Shown one piece after another: positions 62,563 to 64,000 of a DNA stretch of 64,000 nucleotides. Position numbers and translations under genes: made by a program. The stretch spans positions 1 through 64,000 of the forward strand of contig NMRA01000295.1 of the NCBI GenBank assembly GCA_002633005.1, in the 5' to 3' direction. This DNA comes from Phoronis australis. Its lineage: Eukaryota > Animalia > Phoronida. The notes under the pieces were generated by a model that saw only the letters and a list, made by a program, of their open reading frames with translations, did not search any database and was not told where the DNA came from. The number at the start of each line of letters is the position of its first letter. The first letter of the stretch is position 1.

Positions 62563-63146
62563 CTATCTTTATTGTTCAGTCTGACATTTCTTCAAATATC
62601 TTGAGATTGACTACCCTTAAAATCATTTACTAAATCTCTAGTGTTCGAAGAAATGTATTGATAATTGCATGAAAATGATAAACGAATACCCGTAGTTACA
62701 TGACTTTCTTTTTAATATGGAGTGTAGTACATTTTTCGTAGACATTACCACATGTTCCATTAACACAGAAAATTTGTATACTCTGTAGGCATAAGTTTGT
62801 TTTTGTACAAAAAATGAAAAATTACCATTTTTTCATGGAGCATCCCAAATGTTCATTGTGTAGTTCTATTGCAAAGAAGTTAACAATGAAAGTAAATGAC
62901 TGGTTAACAAGGGACTTCCATTACGTAAATGAATTTATATAATGTTACATACTGAAATTATAATTTGTCCCACACGCGTTGAATCTGTCAAGGGAATTAC
63001 AGAGATGTAATAAAGTTTTCCTGACATGGAAGTTTCAAAAGGTAGGTCAATGTCGACTCCACTTCGGTAGCCGGTTAGATCATCAAACTTTCGCAAAATA
63101 TCAAGTAATACAATTGTAGCAGTGTAAATACCACTCAACATGTAAC

Positions 63147-63554
63147 CAGGGTCCGGTCTCTAATCTTTGTACACGAAACAAACTCAAAACTATTTTTGGC
63201 AATTTCTCTGCTCCTTTTGTGCGAACTTAAGATAATTGCTTATCAGACTGTGCTCGAATACATTATAGTTTATGCATAGGAGTTTCTAGTTCAAGTTTGC
63301 CCTTGAAGACCGTTATATTCGTGCTACAAACTCGAGTAAAAACTCGAAATTTCGAGTTAAAAACTCGAACTTATTGCTTTAATAATGGGTTTAAAAACTG
63401 TGAACTAAGGGCAATAAATTATCTACGTAAGTTATTGTGTACTCGAGCATAGAATAATAGACACATATCTTGAGTTCGCCCAAAAGTAGATTAGAAAATG
63501 CCAAACCTAATTTCAAGTTCTATTTCCAGTAAAAAGATTGGAGACCGGGCCCTG
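63147..63554. mobile_element. PIF/Harbinger-like MITE
   Basis: cagggtccggtctctaatcttt … aaagattggagaccgggccctg TIRs. Confidence 0.72.
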
Positions 63555-64000
63555 GTCTCAGTTGTAACATCTGGAACAGGACTGATAATTATATGACAGT
63601 TCTGTCTCAGTTTTCAATTTCTATATATTATATCGTCTGCAACTCAGACACCGATTCCTCCCCAATATCAGACATTGTCACTGACCATGACAGCACCCGA
63701 TACTATCGGCGACGGTATTACACGAGCAGCAACGACGACTGTCCCAGCAAAACGTGAACCTATCCATGCTACAGAATCCGTAGCCAGCCAGCTACATGTA
63801 GCTGTATCAACAGACTGTCGTATATTTAGTATACAGCTTTGTACCAAGGCTACAGAATACGTAGAAATGCGACAACGTACCAGCAACAACGCTACAACAG
63901 GCATATTCGCTGGAGCTGTCATCAACGGCGGCAATTTAACATCTTCGTGAAAACAGATGACATGAAGGCTACGCGCTCCGGTCAATGACCTAGTTTCATG

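Overview
Eukaryotic (invertebrate, lophotrochozoan-like; species not determinable) genomic DNA, roughly 37% GC by eye and repeat-rich. The whole window is the interior of one large + strand gene, a beta-heavy spectrin (karst/sma-1/SPTBN5-type). Ten GT-AG exons (5376..60759) splice in frame, and an SH3 domain is inserted into a spectrin repeat. A single-coding-exon class A GPCR (GPR161-like orphan) is nested antisense in the intron that splits the SH3 domain. The next intron is about 28 kb and holds a candidate internal promoter, a candidate alternative terminal exon and a repeat-borne cluster of CTCF-like motifs. The introns also carry Penelope-like retroelement relics with minimal hammerhead ribozymes, CCGTA-ended Tc1/mariner-pogo-type non-autonomous elements (one family with HIRAN-like relics), a hAT-like element with a 6-bp TSD, a solo LTR, a palindromic MITE, an L2/CR1 tail and about 20 unrelated minisatellites. 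No CRISPR array, rRNA or intact tRNA was seen. Repeat boundaries are approximate; exon boundaries were read base by base.
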